Part shown: in pieces, positions 61,391-64,000 of the stretch
Layout: each line of letters opens with the position of its first letter
How positions within the stretch are numbered: the first letter of the stretch is position 1
Source: an uncultured delta proteobacterium
GTDB taxonomy: Bacteria > Desulfobacterota > Desulfobacteria > Desulfobacterales > B30-G6
Direction of reading: 5' to 3'
DNA length: 64,000 nt
Assembly: GCA_963823335.1 (NCBI GenBank)
Contig: CAWGLD010000001.1
Span: 1,088,001 to 1,152,000 of the forward strand
Position numbers and translations under genes: made by a program
The notes under the pieces: generated by a model
What the model saw: the letters and a program-made list of their open reading frames with translations, nothing else
The model's database searches: none
Told to the model about the DNA's origin: nothing

Positions 61391-61511
61391 TTTTTTCAAG
61401 ACGTTTCTGGGTCCTTCTGGCAATTTCATCCTGGACGATGGGGACAAAAAAATTGCAATTTTTAGGGAGCATACTCGAGATGGCGGCCTGCTTCAATCAG
61501 GGAAAAGTCTA

Positions 61512-62348
61512 CAACCCATCTCAAAAAAAACGAAACAGTATTAAAGCACAACCAAGTTGAAGCATACCAAGGAAATTCTCTACATGGTATTCGTATCGAA
61601 CAACAAGACGCCTGAAGTTTTGGAGCCAGGCAAAAAGCCGTTCGACTTTCCAGCGACGAGTATAGCGTCTAAGTTTACGGCCATCTTGGGTGCGCGGTTT
61701 CTTCCTTCCTTTGCGATGTGGCGAGATCATTTCAATGCCACGTTCCTCGCTAAGCTGCTGATCAAGTTTGTCGCTATCGTAGGCCTTATCCCCAATTATT
61801 TTATCAGGGGCATATTTGGTAAAACCACTGTCAATAGTGGCTTCAACCAATTTCACCTCATGGGGCGAAGCGCTTTCAACGTGAGCGGCGATAGGAAGAC
61901 CAGAAGCGTCTGCGATGGCCATGATCTTGGTGCCTTTGCCGCGTTTCGTCTTGCCGACAGCAAGACCCCTTTTTTTGCCGGCGCGAAGCTGCCGTCTATG
62001 AACGCCTCACGAATGTCAATTTTACCGCGTTCATATAGGTCTTCTGCCAGCTCTTGGACAATCCGTTGGAAAATTCCCTGTCGCACCCATTGCTGGAACC
62101 GCCTATGGCATGTCTGGTATGGCGGATACCGTGGGGGCAGATCTTTCCAAGGTGCTCCGGTTCGAAGAATCCACATTATTCCATTCAATACTTCCCGTGG
62201 ATCCCTTGGCCGGCGGCCTCTCGGGTCTTTTATTGGTGTTAAGGATGAAATCACTGGCTCTATCCGGTTCCATTGTTCGATTGTGAGTTCCATCCTAATT
62301 CTATTACATATTCAGTTCCTTATGTCTAGATTTTTTTGAGATAGGTTG
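61512..62348 (-). mobile_element. IS5-family (IS427-like) insertion sequence
   Basis: Inverted ends CAACCCATCTCAAAAAAA / TTTTTTTGAGATAGGTTG flanked by TA on both sides; 837 bp; two-ORF transposase. Confidence 0.88.
61521..62293 (-). CDS. IS5-family transposase, orfA (61853-62293) and orfB joined by a frameshift
   Basis: [39 protein letters not shown]7G4 slippery run at 61966-61976. Confidence 0.88.
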
Positions 62349-62390
62349 TAGTAATTAATACAAATAGTTTAACAATAACTTTCTGTTTCT

Positions 62391-62579
62391 TTAGTCAAAA
62401 CGGGAATTCTTTTTCCTTTTAATTGATAAAATCATTAGACATGCTCCCAATGCTAATCCGATAGAACCCCAGTTGGGGCTGATAATAACACTGCCAACTG
62501 AAATAAAATTATCAGAGCTCATCCAATAACCAGAGGCTAACATTACTATTAAAGCTATAATAGTTAAAAAGTTATTCAT
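62391..62579 (-). CDS. Small two-TM protein, candidate Rhs immunity protein
   Basis: AAGGA RBS, two hydrophobic segments and a basic tail; begins 22 nt after the Rhs tip stop; AT-rich. Confidence 0.45.
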   Translation of the reverse strand: MNNFLTIIALIVMLASGYWMSSDNFISVGSVIISPNWGSIGLALGACLMILSIKRKKNSRFD

Positions 62580-62601
62580 AAGAATTTCCTTTTGTGAAAT
62601 G

Positions 62602-64000
62602 TTACATTTTTGGGAGATTGTTTGTTTCAATATATAAATTTATGGACTCTTCAATGATTTTATCGACGATAGGATCAATAGCAGGATGTGCTTGAACAGC
62701 GGATTGAACTCCTTGTGATATAGCGTCATTACAAGGTGTATCACTGTAAAGAGAACTTTTTAACGCCCTTGCAAAAACACCAATGAACGTAAATGTTGCA
62801 GTAGCTGGAATGTTTCCAGAAAGACCAGATGCAGTACCAAAGACAGTTGCACTATCTATTGTAACATTTAATGTTTTTTCTGAAGGCTTCATATTGTTTC
62901 CAATAAACTTTCCAGCCTCACTGATCGCATGAGCGCCCCCTTTTGTCCCCATTACAAATGCCTTCCCAACTCCAGGAAGGATGTCAGACATCTCTAACCC
63001 ATATGGATCAATAAAATTAGCCGGATTATTTTGTACATACCCATAAAGATCTATATCGCCACCTTCAAATAAAATAGGATCCTTGGCTGTCCATCTTCCG
63101 ATATCGGGGTCGTAATCCCGGTAACCGAATCGGACAAGACGGTGTCTTTGTCGTAAATACTGCCGCCAAACCCAAAGGGGACGTCAAAGAGCGGATTGGT
63201 ATCGAGAATGACATTGCCGAAAGTGTCATACGTTATTTTCTTTATCACGTTTCCTGCTTCATCTGCAACCAGCCTCAAGGAGCCAATAGGATCATATGAC
63301 AGGTAGTAGGTCATATCACCCTGTCTCATTGCCAAGGGCATTCTTCCATCGGCATACTCAAACCGCATGAGAAGATTATCACTGCCATCATATATTGCCA
63401 ACAGTCTTGTCATGCCCAGCCAGAGGTATTTCTCAGTAATAGCGCCATTGATCTTTTTGGCAATTCGTTTGCCTGAGGGGTCATAGATGTATTCGATCTG
63501 CCTGTTGTCAGGCAGTATTACGCTCAAAAGCTCACCATGAGCGGAATAATCATATTGAGTTACATTTGCACCGGCGGTTTTACTGGTTAAAAAGCCATCC
63601 AGGTCGTATTCATAGGAAACAGTACCGACAGTCAGGAGGTGGTCTTCATCTGAATAGGCAAAGCTTCTACCGGGGATATCCCTCAAGCTGTTCATCTCAT
63701 AGGTTCGGGTGCCATTGGAATTATACTGATATTCTTCCACCGGTGTACCGTCTCTGGTTACGATCTGAAGCCTTCCCATGGCATCATAGGTATAAACAAA
63801 ATCAGATGACACACCGGCAATCGTTTCGGTCTTTTGGGTGATCCTGCCGTTATTGTCTCGGGTGAGGTTCCATGAACCGAGGTCCAGCATATTAATCATT
63901 GAGCTTTCTGCCTCGATTTCACCATATCCATTGAAAGTTCGATTGAGATTCAGAGAGGCGCTAATCACCGATTCAGGCAGCCCGTTGTCGATATTCCGGG
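62602..64000 (-). pseudogene. Rhs/YD-repeat protein 3' part with a 1-nt frameshift and a variable C-terminal tip; 5' end outside window
   Basis: YD repeats; restoring one base near 63140 gives [25 protein letters not shown]...[15 protein letters not shown] followed by a 130-aa tip. Confidence 0.85.

Noticed and set aside
62602-62991. Stand-alone 129-aa gene
   Set aside because: It is in frame with the upstream Rhs core end (DPYGL), so it is better read as the Rhs tip

Overview
A 64 kb bacterial chromosomal segment whose gene content suggests an anaerobic deltaproteobacterium, probably a Desulfobacterales-like sulfate reducer (inference). The left ~40 kb is a catabolic region centred on methylated amines and onium compounds. 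It holds three non-pyrrolysine MttB-family methyltransferases (one highly divergent with a TPR-like N-terminus), a corrinoid protein next to kbl-tdh, a dimethylglycine dehydrogenase-like gene, a soxBDAG-like operon extended by a second FAD oxidoreductase and etfBA, and an AOR coupled to an MttB gene. It also holds an Asp/Glu-racemase-family gene, a decayed DMSP-lyase-family cupin that the ORF track misses, and a Dpp-type ABC transporter. Inside it sits a FadR-associated rocD / arginine synthetase (ArcE-like) / carbamate kinase operon with no ornithine carbamoyltransferase. The right ~24 kb is mostly housekeeping (tRNA-Asn, aspS, hisS, epmA, PMM/PGM, uppP, nfsA, rtcB, archease, two moeA, folA, sirtuin) with several small palindromic elements. 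It ends in an IS5-family element and a frameshifted Rhs gene with a low-GC tip and a possible immunity gene. All calls rest on visual motif recognition; no searches were run.
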